The translations under genes and the position numbers were made by a program. Under the pieces are notes generated by a model. That model ran no database searches and was not told where the DNA came from. It saw only the letters and a list, made by a program, of their open reading frames with translations. From Gemmatimonadota bacterium (GTDB taxonomy: Bacteria > Gemmatimonadota > Gemmatimonadetes > Gemmatimonadales > GWC2-71-9), in the NCBI GenBank assembly GCA_036679605.1, contig JAZDCZ010000247.1, positions 63,692 to 127,691 of the forward strand: a DNA stretch of 64,000 nt, in the 5' to 3' direction. This document shows positions 28,961 to 36,433 of the stretch, in pieces (position 1 is the stretch's first letter; every line of letters begins with the position of its first letter).

Positions 28961-30022
28961 ATGAATATGCAAGCGCTGGAATCAGCCATCTTAGGCGAAC
29001 TGGAGCGCCTGGCCGAAGCTGGCTTCGGGTACCGGCTCCGTCATGCCCCGGATCCACGTATCGACCTGCTCGTGGAGATTCAGCCCCACGGCGACCAGTG
29101 GATTCCCATCGCAATTGAAGTATGCCGTAACCCGCGGCGCGGGCCAGTTCACGAAATTGCCGAGAAAGCAAGAAGCGTCGCCAAATCGCTAGGGGCTGTT
29201 GCGGCCGTGGGCTTGCCAGGGATCGGGCCGGGCCTCAAGAGATTCCTTCGGGATCTGGGAGTGGGGTACGTAAGTGCCGACGGTCAAATATATATCAAAG
29301 GTCCGGGAATCTTGATCGATCGTGAGCGACCCGCTTCGCAGCGCAAGTTCGCCTGGGATCAACGGAGTAACCCGTTCGCTGACAAGTCGTCGCTCCTGCT
29401 CCGTTACCTGTTCAGCCAACCGGCCGTCTCGCTCGGCGTTCTCGGGTTGTCCGCTGAACTCGGAATCAGCCCTGGTTTGGTGTCCCGGCTCGTGTCCCGT
29501 CTGAGAAGCGATGGCTACGTGGTGGAACAAGGCGGCGTAATGAAGCTCGCGGACCGAGATGTGTTGCTCGACGATTGGCAACACTTCTATCGTCACCGTG
29601 CTAAGCGCCAGCGGGAACAGCGCTTCTACCTCCACGCACGTGACTCGGCGGCGGTCATGCAACAACTCGCGGCCGTAGCGGCCGAACACGACCTGCCCCG
29701 ATGGGGACTCTCGTTTCAGGCGGGAGCCTCGCTCGTCGCACCGTACGCATTTTTCTCAGAGGTGCACGTCCTTGTCGACCCCATCTCCTGGGACGAAGCT
29801 GTGGCGGCGTTCGGCCGCAGGTTCGGCCTTGAGGCGGTCCAGCGCGAGGCCAATGTGGTTGTGGTTCAACCATACTACAAGCACTCGTGGCATTACGGCC
29901 TGCGTGAGATTGAGGGCCTCCCGGTGGTCAGCAATCTCCAGCTCTATCTCGACCTGAGTGTCTATCCCAGACGAGGTGCCGAGCAGGCCCTTCGCATTCG
30001 GGAAAATCTCTTGGCGGCATGA
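28961..30022 (+). CDS. Type IV TA antitoxin-like transcriptional regulator (AbiEi-related, internal HTH)
   Basis: NPFADKSS...LSAELGISPGLVSRLV HTH, LLDDW, PVVSNLQLYLDL...RGAEQA C-terminal signature; AT-rich upstream region with TTTACG-N4-CGTAAA. Confidence 0.75.
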   Translation: MNMQALESAILGELERLAEAGFGYRLRHAPDPRIDLLVEIQPHGDQWIPIAIEVCRNPRRGPVHEIAEKARSVAKSLGAVAAVGLPGIGPGLKRFLRDLGVGYVSADGQIYIKGPGILIDRERPASQRKFAWDQRSNPFADKSSLLLRYLFSQPAVSLGVLGLSAELGISPGLVSRLVSRLRSDGYVVEQGGVMKLADRDVLLDDWQHFYRHRAKRQREQRFYLHARDSAAVMQQLAAVAAEHDLPRWGLSFQAGASLVAPYAFFSEVHVLVDPISWDEAVAAFGRRFGLEAVQREANVVVVQPYYKHSWHYGLREIEGLPVVSNLQLYLDLSVYPRRGAEQALRIRENLLAA

Positions 30023-30864
30023 ACGCCACCGGTCTCGATCGTGCCCTGAAGGCGCTCGGTCCGTACCTGGGCGACATCATCATCTGCGGCGCATGGGCGT
30101 GGTACCTCTACCGCCGCTGCCTGGCCCCGTCCTCCTGGGTTCCGGTGGAGTTCACGCGAGACTTGGATTGTATCAGTAGCGAGCGGCTCCCGGTTCGCGA
30201 TGCGCACCTATTCGAGCGACTGACTGCCAACGACTTTGAATGGGTGCCGCGTGGGTCAGAGACGCCACCGGTCGCTCATTTCGCATGGCCTGACGAGAAG
30301 CACGCTGAGGTCGAGATCGAGTTTCTTGTTCCCGCCCGCGGCGACGGATCCAGACGCATCGTCGAAATCCAGCGTGGCGTCACGGCGCAGGCCCTCCGCC
30401 ATCTCGAGATCCTGACGGAGGCGCCGCTGGATCTGCCGATCGACGACGAGTCTCCTGTCGCCGGTGAAATGGAGTTCAGAGGAACAATCAAGCTTCCGAG
30501 GATGGGACACTTCGTAATTCAGAAGGCGTTGATCCATTCTCGGCGTCCTCGCAATGAGCAGGTGAAAGATCTGTTCTACGTTGTCGAGCTCCTCGATCGT
30601 GGAAACGGACTCTCGGCGCGATGCCTCGAGGAGGTGGTCGCGGCAGATGCTCAATGGCAGAGTGGCGTCGATCAGTTGGTCAACGTGCTCGACCGGCGAG
30701 CCGGCGAGCCGCAGTTTCTCATGGCCGTTTCCCAACAGTATCCAGTCGAGAAGCGACCGCTGCGCATGTACTTTGAACGAGAAATCCGGAGATGGCTTGA
30801 GAAACTGCAGGAAACCCGGGCCGGCAGTACGAGAACGTCCGTAGGTCAGCTCCGTGGAAGCTAG
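30019..30864 (+). CDS. Nucleotidyltransferase-fold toxin-like protein (GSU2403-like)
   Basis: IICGAWA...TRDLD, IEFLVP, FVIQKAL...KDLFY; ATGA overlap with the upstream gene. Confidence 0.75.
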   Translation: MNATGLDRALKALGPYLGDIIICGAWAWYLYRRCLAPSSWVPVEFTRDLDCISSERLPVRDAHLFERLTANDFEWVPRGSETPPVAHFAWPDEKHAEVEIEFLVPARGDGSRRIVEIQRGVTAQALRHLEILTEAPLDLPIDDESPVAGEMEFRGTIKLPRMGHFVIQKALIHSRRPRNEQVKDLFYVVELLDRGNGLSARCLEEVVAADAQWQSGVDQLVNVLDRRAGEPQFLMAVSQQYPVEKRPLRMYFEREIRRWLEKLQETRAGSTRTSVGQLRGS

Positions 30865-31781
30865 ACATTCTTGTCAATCCAATTAATCAGCCGTTCGAGG
30901 TCCGAACCGTCTAGTCTGCGCGATGGCACGCCGATACCGTTCACGGCAAGTTGCGCAAACGCCGCTTGGTGTTCTTTGAGCTTCTGACGGAGAAGAGTAT
31001 CTGCCGCGTACTCAGTCACTTTGCGTCCCTGGGTGGACCGCCACCAATCGTCCAGGTCGGCAAATAACGCGAATGTCTCGAACCATCCATGCCACTTGGG
31101 TGGTTGCGAGATTTCCAGAACCTTAGACCATGCCTTCGTGTCAGCGAAATACGTCGTCGGTTGATCGTCTACTGTGGCATGAATGAACCGGGCGGCTGCC
31201 AGGTCATCGAGCGCGCGCCTTGTCGCCGCGTCGGTGAAGCCTAGCGCCTTTGCAAGCGGCCGCACAGCGATCCATTTCCCGCGCTCCGCTAGGAGATAGC
31301 TCAGCGCATCCGCCCGAAGCCCCACGCCGAACCCCAGACGGAGTCGCATCATCAATGCACTGGGTTCGACGAATTCGCCTGTGACCTCCCACTCTTTGCC
31401 GCGTCCCCGTGGTACCTCATGGTCGACGTCTCCGGCAAGAGACTTCCAGCGAGCATCTTTGCCCTCCACGACTGCAAGCGCGGCAAACTCATGCAACGCT
31501 TGGGTCGTCGACTCAGGAAAGGAACGCGCTAAGTTCCTGGTGCGTTGCACGCTCAGCAATCGCACACCCACAGGAACCCATGCGCGGAGCAAATCCCATA
31601 ACCTGCGTTCGTGTTCTCGGAATGCCAACGACAGCAGAACCAAAGCTTCCGGGTCCACGATCGACGTCGCACGGTTTACTGTGGACGCCATACTTCCGAG
31701 TGCGGCCCATTGCGCCCAGGCGACCGACACTGCGGTCTCCCGAATCCTTGCGGCGATGTTAGGTAAGATCTTGCTTGACAT
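30861..31781 (-). CDS. Hypothetical protein with internal HTH, partner of the upstream nucleotidyltransferase
   Basis: AWAQWAALG, VDPEALVL, LRLGFGVGLRAD, LAKALGFTDAATRRALDDL; overlaps the upstream gene by 23 nt. Confidence 0.65.
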   Translation of the reverse strand: MSSKILPNIAARIRETAVSVAWAQWAALGSMASTVNRATSIVDPEALVLLSLAFREHERRLWDLLRAWVPVGVRLLSVQRTRNLARSFPESTTQALHEFAALAVVEGKDARWKSLAGDVDHEVPRGRGKEWEVTGEFVEPSALMMRLRLGFGVGLRADALSYLLAERGKWIAVRPLAKALGFTDAATRRALDDLAAARFIHATVDDQPTTYFADTKAWSKVLEISQPPKWHGWFETFALFADLDDWWRSTQGRKVTEYAADTLLRQKLKEHQAAFAQLAVNGIGVPSRRLDGSDLERLINWIDKNV

Positions 31782-32349
31782 GATCTGCCACCTGCCCGAG
31801 CACCGAATGGAACTCCGGCGAGACGTCTTGTGTCCGCACCCAATCCGTCGCCCAATCGATTTCATCGGCTGACGGTTGGAGGGCGAGGAGATCCTGGTAG
31901 TGTACGCTCGTTGGACCGGTCGAGTCTGCAGCGGCGTACAGTTTGAATGCGACGAGGTCCAGGCGGCTGGCGATGCCGACCGCGAGTGTATGGTATCGCT
32001 GCCATTGCACGCGATCCTCGAACCCGGGCGGCAGTCCTTGTCGCCATTGCAGAGCTGGGCCGAGGTTGAGCCACGTGGGGTCGAGCCCGAGATCGTCCGC
32101 AACGATTTGCCGGGCGCGCTGCAGGGGCTCCGGAAGCTCTTCGCCCGGATCCGTCAGCCGAGGCCGATCGGCGTCGGGCGGATGTCCCAGGGCGAGGACA
32201 TCGACATCTCGTGTAGCGCGGTCGACCACTCCCAAGATTTGGAGCGCTGCCCCACCAATCACGACGATCGCGATGCTAACCCCTTCTGCTTGAAGAATTT
32301 GGCCGACAGCATCAAGGGCGCTCTCGGCGTCTGTGGACCCTCTGATCAT
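31759..32349 (-). CDS. DUF6036-like nucleotidyltransferase
   Basis: VVIGGAAL...RATRDVD, WLN.GP, DLVAFKLYAA, HYQDL. Confidence 0.8.
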   Translation of the reverse strand: MIRGSTDAESALDAVGQILQAEGVSIAIVVIGGAALQILGVVDRATRDVDVLALGHPPDADRPRLTDPGEELPEPLQRARQIVADDLGLDPTWLNLGPALQWRQGLPPGFEDRVQWQRYHTLAVGIASRLDLVAFKLYAAADSTGPTSVHYQDLLALQPSADEIDWATDWVRTQDVSPEFHSVLGQVADHVKQDLT

Positions 32350-32414
32350 AATAGTTTGTTCTATTAACTATTAAAGTTAGTATTATAAACTATTATCCAT
32401 TGCCACGGTGTCAA
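32348..32414 (-). promoter_or_regulatory. Promoter with 22-bp inverted-repeat operator
   Basis: 32348-32369 versus reverse complement of 32375-32396 matches at 18/22 nt; TTGACA on the minus strand at 32409-32414. Confidence 0.65.
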
Positions 32415-32596
32415 GGCTGCCGAGGACGACCGGTAAAACCACCAAACGGCCGATGTATGGCTCTAAGGAGAGAGATATGGAGGATTCCTTTTCGCTAGAT
32501 CCACTACAGGCGATCAGGAACGCTGTTTACTCCCATTGAGATCCCGTATCTAGTGCTAAATCGCATCTCGTCCTCCTAGATCACAAATGTGAAGTT

Positions 32597-32643
32597 GCTT
32601 ACAAGTATTGCGTGTATCACGTAACGGGTTCGCATCCCACCCT
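32597..32643 (-). repeat. attI-like repeat family A, copy 3 (degenerate)
   Basis: AACGGGTTCGCATCC at 32623-32637 is identical to copies 1 and 2; ACAAGT lies at the same 14-nt spacing from GTAAC as in copy 1. Confidence 0.55.
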
Positions 32644-32707
32644 TCCAACAACTTCAAAAGGTGTTGTATAGTTGCGGCCGTCTTTTAGGGATTGGGCAGC
32701 GGTTGGG

Positions 32708-33403
32708 TTATCTCTCGGCGACAGCCCACCGAACGGTAACGGTTGCGGTCACGGTGATCACACGCGGGACGATTGAGGCCCCGGGTCCGGACGCATTAGC
32801 AACCTGACGGAATAACAATTCTGTTCGACCGGCTTGAAGGCGACCCGTCGATACCTCCACCAAATCGCCGAGGCGTCCCCCCAAGGCTACGGCTAGAACC
32901 TCTGCATCCTGACGAGCTTGTTCAGTGGCCCGGCGAAGCGCCTCGTTGCGGGCCTGTCGCTCGTTGCTGGTCGCAAACCCCAATCCTCTAATGTCCGTAG
33001 CTCCCGCTGCCAAGACAGCTTCGATGATCACCGGTAGCCGGTCAAAATCCCAAATCGAAAGCTGCATCCCAGAGCTCGCGGTGTAACCGACTATCCGGCG
33101 GCCCGCCCCGGTATTGGGCCTGACGTTGTAGCCCGCGGTCGGTAGGGAGTCACGCGGAAAGCCAAGCCCTAAGAGGGTGTCCAAGATGCCAGCGAGTCGG
33201 GCATCCATAGCGACGGCCGCCAGCGAGGGCGTTGAGTCCTGAATGTCCACCCCAACAGTGAGGATGGCATAGTCAGCTTGAATCTCCACGGACCCCGTTG
33301 CATTCGTCGTGACCGTCGGGCGTATATCGGCATCCTGCGCGTTGACATGACCAGTCGCAGCAAATGTCAGAGAGACGACGCATGTCAATTGCGTGAGCTT
33401 CAT
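32708..33403 (-). CDS. SIMPL (DUF541) domain exported protein
   Basis: Signal peptide; ATGSVEIQADYAILTVGV, ARNEALRRATEQARQDAEVLA...LG. Confidence 0.85.
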   Translation of the reverse strand: MKLTQLTCVVSLTFAATGHVNAQDADIRPTVTTNATGSVEIQADYAILTVGVDIQDSTPSLAAVAMDARLAGILDTLLGLGFPRDSLPTAGYNVRPNTGAGRRIVGYTASSGMQLSIWDFDRLPVIIEAVLAAGATDIRGLGFATSNERQARNEALRRATEQARQDAEVLAVALGGRLGDLVEVSTGRLQAGRTELLFRQVANASGPGASIVPRVITVTATVTVRWAVAER

Positions 33404-33424
33404 TGGACCTCTATCCTGTTCGCT

Positions 33425-33470
33425 GGCTAACTCGTAAATGGACTGACCGACACATCTCCATATGCTACAC
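33425..33470 (-). repeat. attI-like repeat family B, ending in core GTTAGCC upstream of the SIMPL gene
   Basis: 35/42 identity to 3455-3496. Confidence 0.65.
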
Positions 33471-33601
33471 GTCACGCGCGGGATTGTAACCCACCAACAC
33501 GCCAGCGCCCGCGATGCCGAGGCAAAGGCCCACGGTGGAGCCTAGGCGAAACTCCGATCGCTATTACGTATCGACTGGGGCGGCTCTATCTTACCAACGC
33601 G

Positions 33602-34294
33602 TTGCGGTTCTCGAGCGGGACAGAACTCGCCGATTGGCTCGCGACCACGCCCGAACTCCGGCAGGGCGATCTCCCCGTGCCGGTTAGGGCCTTCGTCGAG
33701 CGTGTGAACCGGCTGTCGGAATCCAGCCGCGGCGTGTCGGTGTTGGCCGCGGGCGCACTGATCACCATGATCGCCGGTCTCTCCTCCGAGAGTTGGGTGC
33801 TGAGCGCGTGGGCGGCGGGGCTCCTCGGCGTCCTCGGCACGACGGCGTCGGTCGCGCTGCTGCCGGCCGCGCGTAGAGTTTTCCGCTACGGGTACACACG
33901 GGCGGACATCATCCACGCGTTGAGCGTGGATCTGGAACGGGAGCGAGAGGTCGGCGTGTTCAACCGCGGCACGCTCGTCCCGTGGCCAACACGCATTGCG
34001 CGTCCCGTCGCCTACGGCGGACTCGGGCTCGTGGGTGTCGGAACGGCACTCTCCTTCGTGCCGGGCCTGGATCCCGTGGTGGGGTTTTCGATGATGCTCA
34101 TCGGCGTCGCCGCCGCGCTGGCGGGCTCCGTCATCGGCCACCGCTACACTCGCAAGCGCCGCGATCTTCCGCGCGCCTGGTGGCTCAGGTTCTGGCGGAG
34201 CAGGGCAGGTGGCTGGGTGGCGCGGGTGGCGGCGTTTGGGTTAACCGGACGACCGCGGCCAAGAGCGACGCAACCGGGCGACGACCACGGCTAA
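33602..34294 (+). pseudogene. 5'-truncated membrane protein gene, possibly the C-terminal part of a Ser/Thr kinase
   Basis: Begins abruptly at RFSSGTELADWL, resembling the end of a kinase domain, followed by about four TM helices; no RBS or proper start. Confidence 0.45.
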
Positions 34295-34370
34295 AGCCGT
34301 GGCTCGGGCAGCGAAGGCAAAGAGACAACGGCCAGACTCTCACTCTGCTCGTCGCCGCGGTCGCGGTCTC

Positions 34371-35078
34371 TCAGGTGTGAAGGTCGATCAGAACCAAATC
34401 GGTATCGCGTGTCGCGCGCAGCGTAATCGGTTTGTCGACTTCGGCGCGTAGCTGATCTTTCTCGTCCAATGTGTGGTTGGCAACCTCAATCGACCCAGAT
34501 ACTACGAAAATGTAGACCTTGCGGCGGCCTGTTATTGCGTGATTGACCTCATGATTGGCCTCGAGGTGGCTGAGGAAAAATGTGGCATCTTGGTGAATGT
34601 GTATCGGAGCTGGTTCTACCGGCCCTACCACCGGAAGAAGTTTGTTGGTACGATCAGCCGTTGAGAAGCGTTGTTGACCGTAGCGAGGTTCGTGGTCTTT
34701 CTTGTCAGGCAAGATCCATATCTGAAGGAGGTGAACTTCCTCGTCGCCATGATTGAACTCAGAATGTACCACCCCGGTTCCCGCGCTCATTCTTTGGACT
34801 TCACTCGAGCCGATTTGTCCGCGGTTGCCCATGGAGTCCTCGTGTGTGAGAGCGCCGCTAAACACTAGGCTTACTATCTCCATATCGTCGTGCGGGTGCA
34901 TCGGGAAGCCGGAGTGAGGAGCGATAAAATCTTCGTTGAACACGCGGAGTGATCCGAATTGGACGTTACCGGGGTCGTGATAGTCGGCGAAGCTGAAATG
35001 ATGATAGCTAGTGAGCCAACCGTGCGAGGCTCGATAGCGATCGGAGCCCGGGATGATGTTCCACATGTTCTCTGTCAA
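34371..35078 (-). CDS. Pirin family protein (YhhW-like)
   Basis: HGWLTSYHHFSFADY, FPMHPH, HEDSMGN, MSAGTGVVHSE. Confidence 0.95.
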   Translation of the reverse strand: MTENMWNIIPGSDRYRASHGWLTSYHHFSFADYHDPGNVQFGSLRVFNEDFIAPHSGFPMHPHDDMEIVSLVFSGALTHEDSMGNRGQIGSSEVQRMSAGTGVVHSEFNHGDEEVHLLQIWILPDKKDHEPRYGQQRFSTADRTNKLLPVVGPVEPAPIHIHQDATFFLSHLEANHEVNHAITGRRKVYIFVVSGSIEVANHTLDEKDQLRAEVDKPITLRATRDTDLVLIDLHT

Positions 35079-36100
35079 GGCCTAGGTGATTCATTGGCGA
35101 AGATCTTCTCCCCGTCAAACCTTCCGTTCTCAATAAAGATATCGGATGTGCGGTAGCCGGAGGTGATGCTGCCGGCCAAGTATACGCCTGACACGTTTGT
35201 CTCCAGCGTATTGGGATCGTGCTGCGGCACTCCGGTGTTCTGTTGGATTTCGATCCCAATACTACGAAACAACTCTGTATCGGGTCTAAAACCTATCAGC
35301 GCATATACCCGATCGGTTTTCAATGCCTCGGTATCACCATCCTGATTTCGTATGATGACCGCGTCGTTCTCGATACGGATCACGTTTGCACCAAGACGTG
35401 CGTTGATTTCTCCGGCGGCAATGCGGTTCTCGATATCCGGTTTGAGCCAAAATTTGACACTCTTGGTGAACTCTGGTTTGCGATACACAATTGTGGTGCG
35501 TGCGCCCGCGCGAAACAGTTGCAGTGCGGCTTCCACGGCAGAGTTTTTTCCACCGATCACTACCACATCCAAACCATAGCTAGCATGTGCCCCGTCGAAG
35601 TAGCGGAGTACGTGGGGCATATCTTGGCCCGGAACTCCAAGTCCACTGGGGTTGTCGAAGTAGCCGGTCGCGAGGACAAGACGTTCGGTCAACACCTGCA
35701 GACGAGATCCCGCCGAGGTTGGGAGCTGTAGGTGCCCATCGGGCCCGGACGCGGCTATCCTGCTCTCGAGTTCCACGCAAACGCCCGCCGCTGTGACACT
35801 TGCCTTGATAAGTTTCGTGAAAGTGCGAACCCGAATTCCTTCTGTGCGGACGACTCCCCTATAGTACATGAGCCCCTCTTCCCGCGTCGGTTTTTCCGCG
35901 GAGCAGACGAGAGGGTGACCGCCGATCTCCAGTCGATCGGGTGTCGTGAAGAAAGTCATGCCCGGTGGGTAGCGGAGAACCGAATTCACCAAAGCACCGG
36001 CATCAACTACTAACGGATCAATACCTCGTCGCTTGGCGGATATCGCACAGGCCAACCCTATGGGGCCGGCGCCCACGATCAGTGTATTCTCTGGGTTCAT
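35075..36100 (-). CDS. ypdA: YpdA-family FAD-dependent oxidoreductase (putative bacillithiol disulfide reductase)
   Basis: IVGAGPIG, KPTREEGLMYY, ATGYFD, GGKNSA, VKFWLKPDIENRI, IFIENGRFDG. Confidence 0.85.
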   Translation of the reverse strand: MNPENTLIVGAGPIGLACAISAKRRGIDPLVVDAGALVNSVLRYPPGMTFFTTPDRLEIGGHPLVCSAEKPTREEGLMYYRGVVRTEGIRVRTFTKLIKASVTAAGVCVELESRIAASGPDGHLQLPTSAGSRLQVLTERLVLATGYFDNPSGLGVPGQDMPHVLRYFDGAHASYGLDVVVIGGKNSAVEAALQLFRAGARTTIVYRKPEFTKSVKFWLKPDIENRIAAGEINARLGANVIRIENDAVIIRNQDGDTEALKTDRVYALIGFRPDTELFRSIGIEIQQNTGVPQHDPNTLETNVSGVYLAGSITSGYRTSDIFIENGRFDGEKIFANESPRP

Positions 36101-36169
36101 AGTGCTAATGAGGTATACTAGCGGAGATTGGTCATTGCGGCCATCTTGCGACCACTTAACGGAGGCACC

Positions 36170-36433
36170 ATGGCAGATGATGACATTGTAGTAGGAAGTT
36201 TCCCCAAGAATAATCGCGAGGAAGTCCGCGTTACACTCTCGAAGTTCAAGGGATACGATCTTGTTGGAGTACGGCAGTGGTTCAAGAACGACAACGATGA
36301 CCCCCGTCCGTCCAAAAGCGGAGTCACCATTCGAGTCGACTTGCTGCCGGAGCTGTTGGATCTGATCCAGAAGGCCAGGGATATCGCGGTGGAGAAGGGG
36401 ATCCTGGAACTGGATGATGAAGACGACGACTGA
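36170..36433 (+). CDS. PC4/YdbC-family ssDNA-binding protein
   Basis: KNNREEVRVTLSKFKG...VRQWF...PSKSGVTI; GGAGG RBS. Confidence 0.85.
   Translation: MADDDIVVGSFPKNNREEVRVTLSKFKGYDLVGVRQWFKNDNDDPRPSKSGVTIRVDLLPELLDLIQKARDIAVEKGILELDDEDDD

Larger units (their letters stand above)
1..33600. mobile_element. Accessory/defence island with decayed, cassette-like cargo; boundaries approximate, left end outside window
   Basis: Dense run of defence genes (HEPN, MTase-HK-REC-HNH, PIN, type I R-M, three NTase TA pairs), several pseudogenes and dispersed repeats. Housekeeping genes begin after a 5'-truncated gene at ~33.6 kb. No integrase seen. Confidence 0.55.
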
